This document shows positions 14,386-26,393 of a stretch of DNA of 57,107 nt, one piece after another. The stretch spans positions 1 through 57,107 of the forward strand of contig JAHBMJ010000127.1 of assembly GCA_018398765.1 (NCBI GenBank), read 5' to 3'. The translations under genes were made by a program, and so were the position numbers. This DNA comes from Chromera velia. Lineage: Eukaryota. A model generated the notes under the pieces. That model worked only from the letters and a program-made list of their open reading frames with translations, ran no database searches and was not told the DNA's origin. Numbering within the stretch: the first letter of the stretch is position 1; each line of letters starts with the position of its first letter.

Positions 14386-14633
14386 TTTAATTGAGGTGTT
14401 CACACAACACTTTCAACTCAAGTTAATTGCTTGCATGATCGCACAAAGCCCGGGTTCCGACTGGCTTCCACATCTTCGGTGACTGCCCAGACTTTTGCCC
14501 ATGGCTCATATACCACATACACAGCTGGTCCTGAGCAGGGCGACCAATCCGGCATACAGCTGAATCTGTACGCATTTGTACCGCTGTGAATTGAACCTCT
14601 TCTTTCGCATGTAGGATTCAATCCTTTGCGCCA

Positions 14634-16094
14634 ATGAACAGGAATACCGTGCCGTGCCGTTTCTTCCTCAGGGGAATATGCTCACGGCCCGACTGTGCTT
14701 TTAGTCACGTCACCTTGGATGGCGATGGGGGGCCTCTGCAAGGTTCAAGAAGAGAGGAAGGAAACAAACAAGGGGTGGAAGCTGCGAATACCGTCTACAT
14801 TGATAAAGAAAGGAGTTCGCCAATGATTGAGACTGCTGCATCGGGCGATAATCTCTTACAGGGAGGCTTGACCGTTCCTAGTGGCCCTACCGACCCCAGG
14901 GGCATGACTGAGAGGCAGAGTCTAACTTTTCAAGCCCATACGTCTCTTGTCAGTCAGACCCGCATTTTTTGTTTTCCGGACACAGACGTAGTCCACAAGA
15001 GACTCTCAGACCACTCTCTCGTCACCTTCTTGTTACCGGAGTTCCATCTAGTCATGGTTTCTCTGAACTGTATGTGCACAGGAGAGAGACACAACAGGGC
15101 GCAGGCAAACTCGTTCGGGATCGATCCGACGAGTACGCAGGGCCGGAAAGCCCGTTTTGAAGGCCTCATAGAAACCCTTGTGAGAACTGTGAAAAGTCAC
15201 TCACGCAGCCACACACAGACTCGAGAGCTCCAAGTTTCAGGAGGTGCTGAGCCAGGTTCGATGCAGGTGCCACCTGCTGAATCGGGGGGGCGTGAGGGTG
15301 ATGTTCAGCTTGGTGTTGTGATCGCTCTCCAGGAGTTTCCGCGTCTCCCTTCCACTGGGGCGGGGGATTTGGGGGCCTCGTTGAAGTCCCGTTTTCCCGG
15401 TTGGCGTATGGAAGGGGGTCAGCTTGACAACAGGGGGGACTCGCACAGCCAACTGCAGATGCTTCTCTCCCCATCTCTAGCCAGAGGGGTTGGAAGTCCT
15501 GCAAATCCGTCACTGAGACCTCTGAGTGTTCGGGAGGTCTTGGCCCTGATCCCCTCGTCGCTTATGAAAATTGTGGCTGGGGAGATTGCGGGGTGTCGAG
15601 GGAACTCTCAGTGGAGAGACTCCCGATTCCAGTCGGTGTCTCTGGGAAAGGGGCAACCGGCGGTGATCAATGTTCATCCTGGCCCTTCAGCCCCAGGACG
15701 TTATGGCCATCAGGACCCTGTTGTGTGGCTCATTGACGCCCTCGCTTGTGGCCTTCTCCTAGGTCCTACCATCGAGGCGTCGCGTGTTCTTGTGGTGGGA
15801 GATTTTAATAGGCCGGTGGAGGGGCTGGTGAAGCCTGTGCGGGCAAATGACCCATCCAGGTCGGTGGAAGGCGAGAACATTTCTACTCGAGCGCTTCCCA
15901 CTCGGTGGACGAGCGTGTCAACCCCCTCCTTTCCCTCCCACCTGGCGCCTTTCCTTCACCAAAAACATACAAAAGAAAAAGATCAGGCCAGTGCAGGACA
16001 AACACTGCTTGCATGGAACCAGAAGCCTGTCGATCACCTTCTAGAAATTATTGTTGACCCAGATTTTGTCTCACTGGTTGGCCGCAGTGTCTGA
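14634..16094 (+). CDS. CCCH zinc finger plus exonuclease/endonuclease/phosphatase (EEP, DNase I-like) protein, intronless, 486 aa
   Basis: N-terminal CRFFLRGICSRPDCAFSH (C-x7-C-x4-C-x3-H). EEP motifs: VSLN, IALQE, VINVH, VVGDFN, VDHLL, plus LSDH. Confidence 0.85.
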   Translation: MNRNTVPCRFFLRGICSRPDCAFSHVTLDGDGGPLQGSRREEGNKQGVEAANTVYIDKERSSPMIETAASGDNLLQGGLTVPSGPTDPRGMTERQSLTFQAHTSLVSQTRIFCFPDTDVVHKRLSDHSLVTFLLPEFHLVMVSLNCMCTGERHNRAQANSFGIDPTSTQGRKARFEGLIETLVRTVKSHSRSHTQTRELQVSGGAEPGSMQVPPAESGGREGDVQLGVVIALQEFPRLPSTGAGDLGASLKSRFPGWRMEGGQLDNRGDSHSQLQMLLSPSLARGVGSPANPSLRPLSVREVLALIPSSLMKIVAGEIAGCRGNSQWRDSRFQSVSLGKGQPAVINVHPGPSAPGRYGHQDPVVWLIDALACGLLLGPTIEASRVLVVGDFNRPVEGLVKPVRANDPSRSVEGENISTRALPTRWTSVSTPSFPSHLAPFLHQKHTKEKDQASAGQTLLAWNQKPVDHLLEIIVDPDFVSLVGRSV

Positions 16095-16652
16095 TTTCTT
16101 CGCCGATTCCGTGATTTCCACTGTCACGGGCCACTGACAGGCCAAACAGTTCAAAGAATGAGTCAAAAGAACAATTCACCAGAAAACAATGTATAACTAT
16201 AATGTATATACTAGAATATATACCGTATAATTGAATTGATCTGAATTGAATTGAGGCGGCTAAACTAATATTTTATGTTAATTAAAACTTGCACCTCAAG
16301 GTTAAACTTATAGAACCCCATAAGCTTATACCGCTTACGCTATCGCATTTGGGAGTAGTTGGGACAATTGGAATGCCCAATTAGGAATTTGGAATCCCGA
16401 ATTCCCAATTTGGAGCAATTTGGAAACATTTTTTTCTGTGTGAAAAACTTGTTGTACAAAGCTGTATTTTTGTGCATAAACATTTTAAAACTCAAAAATT
16501 TTAAATCTAAACACCAATTAGCTGTACATAAAGATTCAACCTAAAAAAAATATAATTAAAAATTTGAATTTCCAATTGAAAATCTAATTTTCCAATTAAA
16601 AATCACATATACGTTTTTTGAATTGGAAAAATTCAGGAAAATAAATTGGATG

Positions 16653-18230
16653 AGTGATGATGATGATGATTGAGGGTTATTAAATCCTAGATCCAGCGAT
16701 GCCAGACCCCAAGCCACTAATAAGGCTTTGAAGATAACCCCATATCATGCAAAACGCTTACTCAACCTAGGTTTCATGGGGTATTTGAAGGCTTGCAAGA
16801 CTAGGCGGCCCCTTCGCTTTAGTCTTAAGTATGCACGCCAGACGGAGATACCCAGTCCTCGGAAAAGACAAAACTTACATAGTACAGAACAAACCAACCC
16901 TCCCACCTGTCTTCTCCCCCATAAGAGCAGGATGCCCGACGGCACCATTTGTTCAGAACCTATGGAAAGACAAGAACAAAAGAAGACGCGCCCTCTCTGT
17001 CCAAAACCCTCTCTCCACCCAATACCCCACTTTTATTTGTTTCAAGAGCTAGTAAACTTGCTGTCCAAAGTTTAACCTCAGACCTGAAACCTGAGCCTCC
17101 CTGACTGAAGATCGATAGAAATCTACAGGAAAGCAAACGACAAGACAAGAGAGTTACCAACCTTCTTCTCCTGTCTGCCCCTTCTATCCCCATTCAGACT
17201 CTTCCTCCCCTTTCCCTCTGATATCAGGTCCTTTGTATTTCTTCTTACTTCCACCCTTTCTTCCCCCTGTCTGGTTTGAACCTGTCAGATCGCTCCTTAA
17301 TAAGGCGGTTTGTAGTGCATTGGCCTCTCGTTTCCCCCCAGAAGGCTTCGCGACCAATGGTATCATCATACTCCTAGCCGCTGGAACTAGTGATTTCGAA
17401 GATTCAGCGGCAGCCGCGGAGCAAGGGATTGGAGGACTGGGTTGGTCCCTATCCCTCGGTCGGACTGCTATAGGTTTGGTAGCCCTGGAGGCCGGAGGCG
17501 GGTTTACAGTGCTGCTACTCTTTAAAGGTGGCGTGATATAGTCAGATTTTGGTGCAGAGAGCAATGATGACGCTCCAAGGGCCTGGGAGCAGGACCCCGT
17601 GAGGGAGGAGCAGGAGACTAAGCGGGTAGACCTGCCTCGGCGGTTTGGTTAAGGGGTTGAAAGGGAGGCTGTGTGATCGTCTGAAGGCGGCGTTCTCTGG
17701 CTTCCGTCAGCTCAGCGCGAGTTTTGGCCCTTCTAACGGTGAAAGAAACTGAAAAGTTGTCATCCGCCAAGTTGAAGTGGAACCCGTTTGGCTGGAAAAT
17801 AGAAGAAAAGTTCTCTACACGTCTTCTGTCGATGAAACCGATCTCGCAGCCACCGGGAAAGGAGTGAAAAGAGCAAATATTAAAGAAGGGGTCAAGAAAT
17901 ACAAACTTTTCCATCATGGCGTTGCCGATCTTTGTCATCACCTGCCAGAACAGAGAGGAGCGGTCAGTAAAAAGAACCTGGTCATGAGTACGACACGAGG
18001 CCGGTTCACAACCATGGTTTGGGTCAAAGCCCAGGAGGACTCTCTTGCATACGTTTTCATTCCTCCTTTGTCTCTCCACCAAACAATTGAAAGAGGACTT
18101 CAAAGAATCAAGGTCTTTCCGAAGAGAGAAGTTCTCATCTTTTTGAGTAGATTCTATGGTAAATTCTACTAAACTCCACAAAATTCCACTAAATTCCAAG
18201 GATAAATTCCGTTAAATTCCACTAAAATCC
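16653..18230 (-). mobile_element. Probable degraded non-LTR retrotransposon (ORF1-like region plus (ATC)n 3' tail)
   Basis: Minus ORFs 18199-17618 (coiled coil, then a globular region, then RRAKTRAELTEARERR) and 17564-17184 (Pro/Ser/Lys-rich). (ATC)n tract at about 16655-16670 on the minus strand. 10-bp AAATTCCACT tandem repeats at the 5' side. No RT motifs seen. Confidence 0.35.
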
Positions 18231-20673
18231 TGGGGAATTTAATTTAGCCGGTAATAAAAAAATAATTAACCCGGTTTTATAGGGTATATGCCTTAATTTT
18301 CATTCATTCAACTTAAAATTAATTCTCCTAAATTAAAAATCTAGTTAAAAATTTAGCTATGATCGATTGAGACTGAAATCTTTAAAGTTCAATACTAACT
18401 TCTATAATTCTATATCAAAAAATAATTTGAAAATCTTGTTCTTTATAAAAAAAAACAATTCTAAGAACAAATTAATAAATAATAATTCTGAACAATTAAG
18501 CGTGCAATTTGGTTTTAACATTCCTTTACAGTTTTGTACAGTTTTGTTTCCACTTTTTTGAATTGAATGAATTCTGTTAACTTCTGTCACCGGGAATTCT
18601 GCCATATAGTGGTGAATACTTTTCATACTGGTTAACAATCATAGACTCATATATGATGCTAGATATGATGTAATGGGGAGCATTGACTTAAAGTTTGTTC
18701 CTAGCGTCTGGCCTATACGTCTTTCATCTCTTCCTTCTGTCCTGGTTACTGCTCTCGCTACTAGCTCTCTCTCTCATGCGACCTCATACTTGACGCTCCT
18801 CCATCTGAATGCCTTCTTCGGCATTTGCTAAGTACTTCCTACCCCTCAGTCATAACCAGTGTGATGTAATTATTCAGGAATATCCGAAGGAACAAGTGGG
18901 TACTAGAGTGGGTGTCCAGTCTGAACAGTCTCGCCCTAGGTCTTGCCTGCAGTACACGAGCTTGAATGAATTAGGAAATGGCATTCCCAACAAATGCGAT
19001 GACGCGCTGCATGGTGAAACGGAGTTTGCAAAGCAGCGGTCGATTAAATTTGAGTGGTATCACTCAGATCTGATGCAATCGTGCCATGGTACACTTGAAA
19101 GACACACGGGCGAAAGGCAAACTGCAGGAATGCAACGCTGTTGTGCGCACAGGTGGTTCTCTCCCTCGGTGCTCTGCTCGTCCCCTGCAAGACCTCTTCC
19201 ACCCTCCTACATACACATCTGTCTGTGTGTCCACGGACCTGCCCCCTCCAGGTCTTGCTTCCCTGTCCCGTTTGCTGACTTCGCAATCCTCTGTTCAAAG
19301 CCCCCTCCTCCCCCCTTGTCTTGCAGCATGACGACAGGAAACACACAAGCACGACCCAATCGAGCAGAGATGACAGAGAAAGGCACAGCAACAGCCAGGA
19401 GAACCCCCATCCTATGTGCACAGTTCATTCGACCTCCTTCTCTCTTTCCCTCTCTCAGCGCAGCCAGACTGTTACGGAGAAGGAGTATTCGTGGAAGGCG
19501 GAAGTGAGAAGCGGAACACAGGGAGAGAAGGAAGGAAGAAAGGGCAGATTGATTGATTGATCGATACCGCTCCTCCCCTGTCCTCCTCCTCCTCCTCTCT
19601 GTTATTTGAGAGAGGCGTTTTTTCTTCTTGTACAAGAGGGGCGAGCGGGAGAGGAAAGAAGAGACACAGACGGCGTTGGAAGCGGGATCGAGGAAGGAAC
19701 CTTCTGAGGATCGGGAGACGGAAATCAATAAAGGAAGAAAAGGACTGACGGGCGAATACCGCGCGTCTGCCAACAAGAGGGATGGATGGATGGATGGAGG
19801 GAGGGAGGGAGGGAGGGAGGGGGGGGGGAAGGGCGTACAAGCACGATGGATGTGACGCATGGGAACGCACGAAGGACAGAAGAAACAAAAGAGAATTCGA
19901 GTCTTCCGCCTGTCTGTACGAACAAAGGAAGAGAGCAACAGCAAGACATGGACACAGACAGACGCATACGCAGACAGGCAGGATAGAAGGAAGGAAGGAC
20001 GGATGGACCAGGATGCAACTATGATCCCGCCTTCCCCCTTTCTTCCCTCTCGTTGGTTGTCTGCACAAAACAAATTCCAATAAATGAAGGGATGGATGAG
20101 GGGAGCGAGAGAAAGACGAACAGCGATCTCACCAGACCCCGCACCCACCCGCACTCGACACACACCCCTAAAATTCCTTCCCTCTTCACCCCCTTCTCTA
20201 TGAAGCAGCCCTTTTCACCTCGCCTTCCTCTCTGCCGTCTTTGTCGTCCCCTTTGAGCGTTTTGCCTGCAGAGTGTTGGCGGTTCCCCCGGACGCGCTTC
20301 CTGTCCTGGAGGGCAGGTGGTGGTTCATCATGCCTAAAGCCGCCTGGAACGACCTCGCAGACCCGCTCTGCAGGGACAAAGGGAGGGAGGGCAAAAACTC
20401 AGGATGATGGGAAGGAAATGGGTGAAGCATCGGCTTCACACATACAGTCTCTCTCAGAAAATCAAAAAGAGGGGGGGCTTGGAGCGGGGGTGGGTGGGGA
20501 GCGTTCTGAGCGGCAAAAGGGAAAGGCACCAAAAGAAACAAGGGGAGAAAGAAGCCACAAAATGATGTCGCGTCTCTCTTGGGCGTCTTTGTTGATTCAA
20601 AAGCAGTCTCCTGAGCTTCATTGTTGCACATAAGAAAGCCACACACACTTCTTCCAACTTCATTCATTCTTGT

Positions 20674-21077
20674 TCACGTTCTTTCTCCGACATTCTTGCT
20701 CTCAGCCTGCATGTTTGAGAGAAATCCCTCAGAACAGAAAGAACCCACCCTGCTCGGCTTGTTCGTCCCTCCCACGACAGAAGAGGAGCAGCTGTTGTGA
20801 AGAGACCCCTCCAGTTCCTCGTATGCCTGCCTCTGGGTGACTTGAGTGTTCTGGAGACGGAGAATCAACTCGGCCTCCTCCCTCTCCAATTTCGCAACCA
20901 TGGCTTCTGTTCGAGCACGCTGAGTCTCCTCCTGCAATTAAGCACACAGGCACACAAACAGGCAGAAAGACGAGACGAGACGACAGCCTGGTGAACAGAG
21001 GCAAAACACAAGCAGCAAGCCACAGAAACAAATGCGGCCTGCCTGCCAGCGATGATAAGTCGAGCGAGTGTGGACAG

Positions 21078-21108
<31 letters not shown>

Positions 21109-21741
21109 CATGGTGAGCATGAGTCTCCCTCCACATGTAGAGGCAACCAACAGGCCTCTTACGACCTGCTCTCCTTTCACCCTGCGTCTGTGCATGTCTG
21201 CTCTCACATGCAGTCTTTTGGTAAAAACACAAAATTCTGGACCCTCCTGCGTGAGGGACATTCAGAATAAAACAGAGACAAACGACTGCGTGCCTCCTGG
21301 AGAAATGAAGTGGCCTGTCATCCTTCTTTCCAACTTTCCGGCTGTACGTCTTCCCTTCCCCAACCAGCCCCTTCTCTCAGCTGCCAGACCGACCGACCGA
21401 CCTTGGCGACCTTCGCCTCGTACTCAAGACGAGCGGCCTCGACCTTCATTTGCTGCAGCAGGAAAGGGGGGGGGGGACAGGTTCACATACACAAAGAAGA
21501 AATTCTTCGCATTTGCTACCGCAACCTTTATTTGCCAATTGAATAGAGGGAACGAAGTCAACACGTGAGGAGGGACGCCATGGCGAGTGCAGAGAAGAAG
21601 TGACCGAACTGAAATGCAGATCCACTCACTGGAGAAGAGAGGGGCCAGTTGCAGAGGGGCTTCTTTACTCTTGCGCCTCCTTACCTTCCAGTGCTTTTCT
21701 CTTCCATTCTCCTGTTGACTACTGCTTTCTTTGTCTCGGGT

Positions 21742-21783
<42 letters not shown>

Positions 21784-23853
21784 TGTGTGTATTGATTCCG
21801 CACTCCCAGACTCGCTGACTGGAAGGAACGAACGAAGCTACGAAGGAAGAACGAACGGAAGGAAGGAAGGAAAGGGGGAGGAAGCGGAAAAAAAAAAATA
21901 GATGGTTTGAACCTGAAGGCCCCAACATGAGGGGCCTTTCACCATTCACCGCTTCTTCGCTTGCAAGAGACCGCACCGACACTCCCCAGAACCACTGATG
22001 GACTTCACTGCACCATCAGGGGTCAGCGGCCCAGCGGAGAACAGAATCAAGCAATTGAAGGACAGACGTGATGGCCACGCGAGAACACCTATCTAGCCTC
22101 CATTGTGAGAAGAATGCCCGCGGTTTCCTCTGAGGGAAAGATGATTCTCCCGTGGGGTTCAAAACATCCATGTCTTTCTCATTCCTCAATTGCCCCCAGA
22201 GAGAGAGAGAGAGAGAGAAAGAAAGAAAGAAAGAAAGAAAGGAAGAAAGAGAAAGAGACTGACTGACTGACCTGTTCCTCCTCGAGTCTCCTCTTCACCT
22301 CGTCCTTCTGGCTCTTGATCATGTGTGCCCTCTCTGCCTTGGTGGCCCTCTCAAAGAGCTCTCTCTCCCTTTTGTTCTGCTCGATGTCGAAGCTCTCCGT
22401 CTTCACCGACCGGGCGTCTGCGGCCTGCAGGCGGTCGGTTAAAAAATCAATAAGTCAAGCTGGGAAGGCAACCAACGCCCCAAAGTATGACCCCCCCCTT
22501 CGAGTAGATGAAAGAGGATGGGCCGTCAGTGAGGTAGAAGGAAGGCAGGAAAACACAGGCGTTGGTTCTCCGGTCTACTCTTCGCTGCCCTCTGTACGCA
22601 TACTTTCTTTGTGACTGACTTTCCTTTCGCTGATGACGTTTTTCGAGTTGTCTCTCATCGCCCGGGCCCTTTCTCTTTCTGCCGCCACCAGTTGTTGTTG
22701 CTGACGCAGCTGCGTGTACTTGTTGCGGTAGAACTGCGGGAGGGAATTAAAGGGGGGAAGAGCGGATCGACAGAATGGCGAGAACAGGTCATGCAATTTG
22801 GTGCTGTCTTAAGGAAATGCTTGCTGTGAACGAGCAACAGGAGAAAGAAAAGGCGGATGAAGGATATTACGAAGAAATGAAGCAAAGAAAGGAGAAACAC
22901 ATCAGGAAGGAAGGAAGGAAGGAAGGGAGGGAGCACACAAGCAAGGAAGGAAAAGGACATCAGGAAGGAAGGCCCTCTCCATCTCTTCGACAGGCATCGC
23001 GCGACGAGCTGCTTACCTCGTCTTTAGCTCTCTGTCTGTCGTCGGCTCTGTCTCGGAGGTTGTCGAGGTCTGTCTTCTTCTTTCGCGTCTCCTGAATTTT
23101 CTTCCACGCCTTCTCTTCCTCTGCCTGCAAGTGTAAACAGCAGGCGGCAGGGGAAAGGGGCCCGTTGACGGAGAAGGGAAGAAAACAGAGGCAGGTCGAA
23201 AGAATGAGAGTGGTGGAGGAATTGAGATAAAGAAAGGGGGGGGCGGGGGGGAGTAAAAGGAACGATGGGTACGGATGCAAAGATTGGTACGTGCATCATG
23301 ACGGTGCGAAAAGAGCAGGTGGAAGGCAGACCGTCATGCAGACAGAAAACTTGATTTCTTATCTATCTCTCCACTACACAGGCAGAGAGCCTCCAACAAA
23401 CCCAAAATGTCCAGACCTTTCGGATGTCGTGCAATCTCTTCGCTTCATTTGAATTTCGGGAATTTAGTGGGGTACATCGTTTCCTCAATATGTGCGCAGT
23501 CACGTGTCAAGAAACTCACCGACGTTCACACATGCGAAATCTTGTGCGAAACTCTCGCCCCCCTGTATTTTCCTGACCTTCAAGAGAGCGATCCGGTTCG
23601 AGAGCATTTGAGCGTCCAGTTCAGCCCTCCGTCTCCCCTCCTTGGCAAGAGTCAAGGAGAGCTTCGCGATCCCCTCGGGTGAATCCCCCCCCGGCTGCAC
23701 AGAAGAGGAAACGGAGGAAGGGCAGCAAGAACAGCAAGAGAAGCTTTGAGGTCCAGATGTGGGCAGGGAAGGGCAATACGAAGAAAAACAACAGATTGTG
23801 AAGAGGGAATCTTTGTTTGTTATCCTGACCGGAGAAAGTGTTGCTTCTTCCAT
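20674..23853 (-). CDS. Uncharacterised coiled-coil protein (7 exons, about 274 aa)
   Basis: Exons 23853-23830, 23694-23578, 23124-23017, 22733-22620, 22424-22272, 21452-21402 and 20931-20674, all joined by phase-0 GT-AG introns. Product: ...AELDAQMLSNRIALLKAEEEKAWKKIQETRKK...LEREEAELILRLQNTQ... Confidence 0.85.
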
Positions 23854-24448
23854 TCTCAAAGCAGGCACTGGAATTCAGACACCCAGCAGAGCAGAAGTCA
23901 AATCTGCGAATCGCTGTAGGGAACAATAAGCGCACACAATGATTCGAGACAGATCGATTTGCAAGAGAGCTGGGCTCGGTCTGCTTTCAGAGTTGATCAA
24001 GCAAAGCAGAAGCTTTCGGGCTGGGCTGTGGTTTCAATCAGCGAAAGCAGGATGCCAGCCAGGTGATTTGCGTGAGGCTGTGTGTGCACAGGGTTCAGCA
24101 AATGCTACTGAAATTACAGATGATGTAGCCTGTTGATCCAAGATGATCAAAGCTAGCTCATTGATGCTCCTTGCCTGCAAGTTTTAATGGACGTCTCTTG
24201 GCCGCAATGGCTGTAAGCTAGCCAAGTTCCTTTTTAAGGGTGCGGGGGTGGGGGGGTNNNNNNNNNNNNNNNNNNNNNNNNNNNNNNNNNNNNNNNNNNN
24301 NNNNNNNNNNNNNNNNNNNNNNNNNNNNNNNNNNNNNNNNNNNNNNNNNNNNNNNNNNNNNNNNNNNNNNNNNNNNNNNNNNNNNNNNNNNNGGGCCGCG
24401 GGCGGAAGCGCCGCCGCGATCCGCCGCGCGGGCCAAATTGGGGTGGTG

Positions 24449-24781
24449 TCCAAAGTAGATCCATTTTGAAAAGAACGGTCCCTGAAAACTGCCGTGACCC
24501 GCAGAAAGATGCCCAAAGTAGATCCATTTTTAAAAGAACGGTCCCTGAAAACTGCCGTGACCCGCAGAAAGATGCCCAAAGTAGATCTGTTTTGAAAAGA
24601 ACGGTCCCTGAAAACTGTGGTGACCTGCAAAAAGATGCCTAAAGTACATCTATTTTGAAAACAAGGGTCCTTAAAAACTACTGAAAACTGTCGATCGTGA
24701 CCCGCAGAATTAAAGATGCCCAAAGTAGATCCATTCTGAAAAAAACGGTCCCTAAAAACTGCCGTAACCCGCAAAAAGATG
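24449..24781. repeat. 63-bp tandem repeat, about 5 copies, next to an N gap
   Basis: Units (CAAAGTAGATCCATTTTGAAAAGAACGGTCCC and variants) start at 24451, 24514, 24577, 24640 and 24721; the last interval is 81 bp. Confidence 0.9.
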
Positions 24782-25022
24782 TATTTATTGTCCGTTTGAT
24801 CCCCAAAGGGAGCTAGGAGCCGTGGGGCATGCATACATTTTAGCTCTTAGTTTAATTTGACCAAAATTAATTTACCAAAACTAGCCACAACCATAGCTAG
24901 AACCTTATTCAAAAATCCTAGCAAAAACTATCAAATCAGCATTAGCAATTGTTCTGACAGTCTGTCACAGACCATTGATCTACCAAAATCTGCCGAAACT
25001 GACAATCGGAAGTAATCGGAAG

Positions 25023-25650
25023 TGATGATGATGATGATGATTAAGGGGAAGTAGCGAGCACATCCGGCCGCTTCCAGCGCCACGGAGATACATAATTATA
25101 AATAATATATAATAATGGAACTGTAGCTGAAAAATGAAACATTGGATGTATGTATGAAGAAAATGATGTCTGAAGTACTTTGCGGCCTACTCAGTGCCAT
25201 TTGACCAACCCTAGAACCAAACACTTTTAGTTTTTCTTTTTTGTACTTTTTGCTTTTACTTCGGTGACAAAGGTTGACTGCATACACCAATTTGAGATGG
25301 CAACATTGAACAATGACTCTGCAATCTTTGTACGATTGAGCCACCTTGCTTTACATCCGTTTTTGCAACTGCTGGCGTGCGTGGCTTTGCGGGCAGACGC
25401 ATGCGTACGTTGGGAGTGCACCACTTTTGACGAAGTTGAGTAGTCCATGGTCTGGATGGATGGACCCCCAGGTGGTGCAGGGCGAGTGGATGGATGAAAG
25501 GATGTGGTCGAAATCCACGGATGGTAGAAAACAAAGCGGGTCGAAAACGATGAGGGAGACAGCGGAGTGCCATGCCCATGCGTGAGGGGTTCGAATACAG
25601 TCTGACGTACAGTCAACACTTGACCGATCTGATCTATCCATCTGATACGC
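25023..25650 (-). mobile_element. Possible 5'-truncated non-LTR retrotransposon 3' end
   Basis: (ATC)6 tail at 25023-25041 on the minus strand. Upstream minus ORF 25641-25351 contains PLCFLPSVDFDHILSSIHSPC, resembling a LINE C-terminal zinc knuckle. Confidence 0.3.
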
Positions 25651-26393
25651 ATCTGCCCAAAGAGCCCGCCCCGCACTCCACCCCTGCTTTTCTGTTTTTT
25701 GTTTTTGGCTTCCAGTGGCGCAATTCCCAACAGCCAGTCAGCCGAGAAGCGAATGCATTCACGAAACAGTGAATGGATATACATGAATGAATGGGTGAAT
25801 GAATCTACCTTGCCTTCAGCCCATCAAGACAAGAAACCATTTCCCACCTTCCCCCCTGGAAACGACTGGAAGACAAGACCGCTCGTCTTTCTCCATCCAC
25901 CTTTCTTTCGCCTCTCTGCCCCTTTCCGTCTTTTCCTCTCCTCCTTTCCTGAGTGACAAACTTCCAGACTCCTCTCTGCCGTCAAAGAATCAGGAAGGAA
26001 AGCGAAAGCAAGACCGACCAACTACCGTCAGCGCATCGCAACTTCACTGTCACTATCTTCTTTCCCCCCTCTCCCTGCCCCCCCCCTCTCTCGTTGCTAT
26101 TCACGCAGCCCTCTCCATGCACCCCATTTTCTCCTGCTGGTCCCTCTCGTACCCCTACTCCCTTCTCTAGTGACCAGGCCCCCTCTTCGATTTGATCTCC
26201 TCTCGGCGCTGAAGAAACCATTTCTCTGCAGGGAGAGTAAACAACAAAACACACAGATACAATATACACACAGAGACACATACACACAGACACTCACATC
26301 CATGCACGCAGGAGTTCACATCGGGGGGGCTTCACGGCAGACACCGTCACCTTCTTTGCTGAAAGCACACGAACCTGCGCACAACCTGCACCA

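Noticed and set aside
14634..16094. EEP ORF as the endonuclease of a LINE
   Set aside because: No downstream RT, tail or TSD; it has a CCCH fusion, and it lies outside the transposon boundary at 14132.
18809..20667. Several overlapping 120-318 aa ORFs
   Set aside because: Low-complexity, UTR- or intron-like sequence. No consistent exon chain or domain was found.
21686..21712. Possible 27-nt extra exon (ENGREKHWK) in the coiled-coil gene
   Set aside because: It has AG/GT borders and is in phase, but is not needed and fits the helical pattern poorly. RNA evidence would be required.
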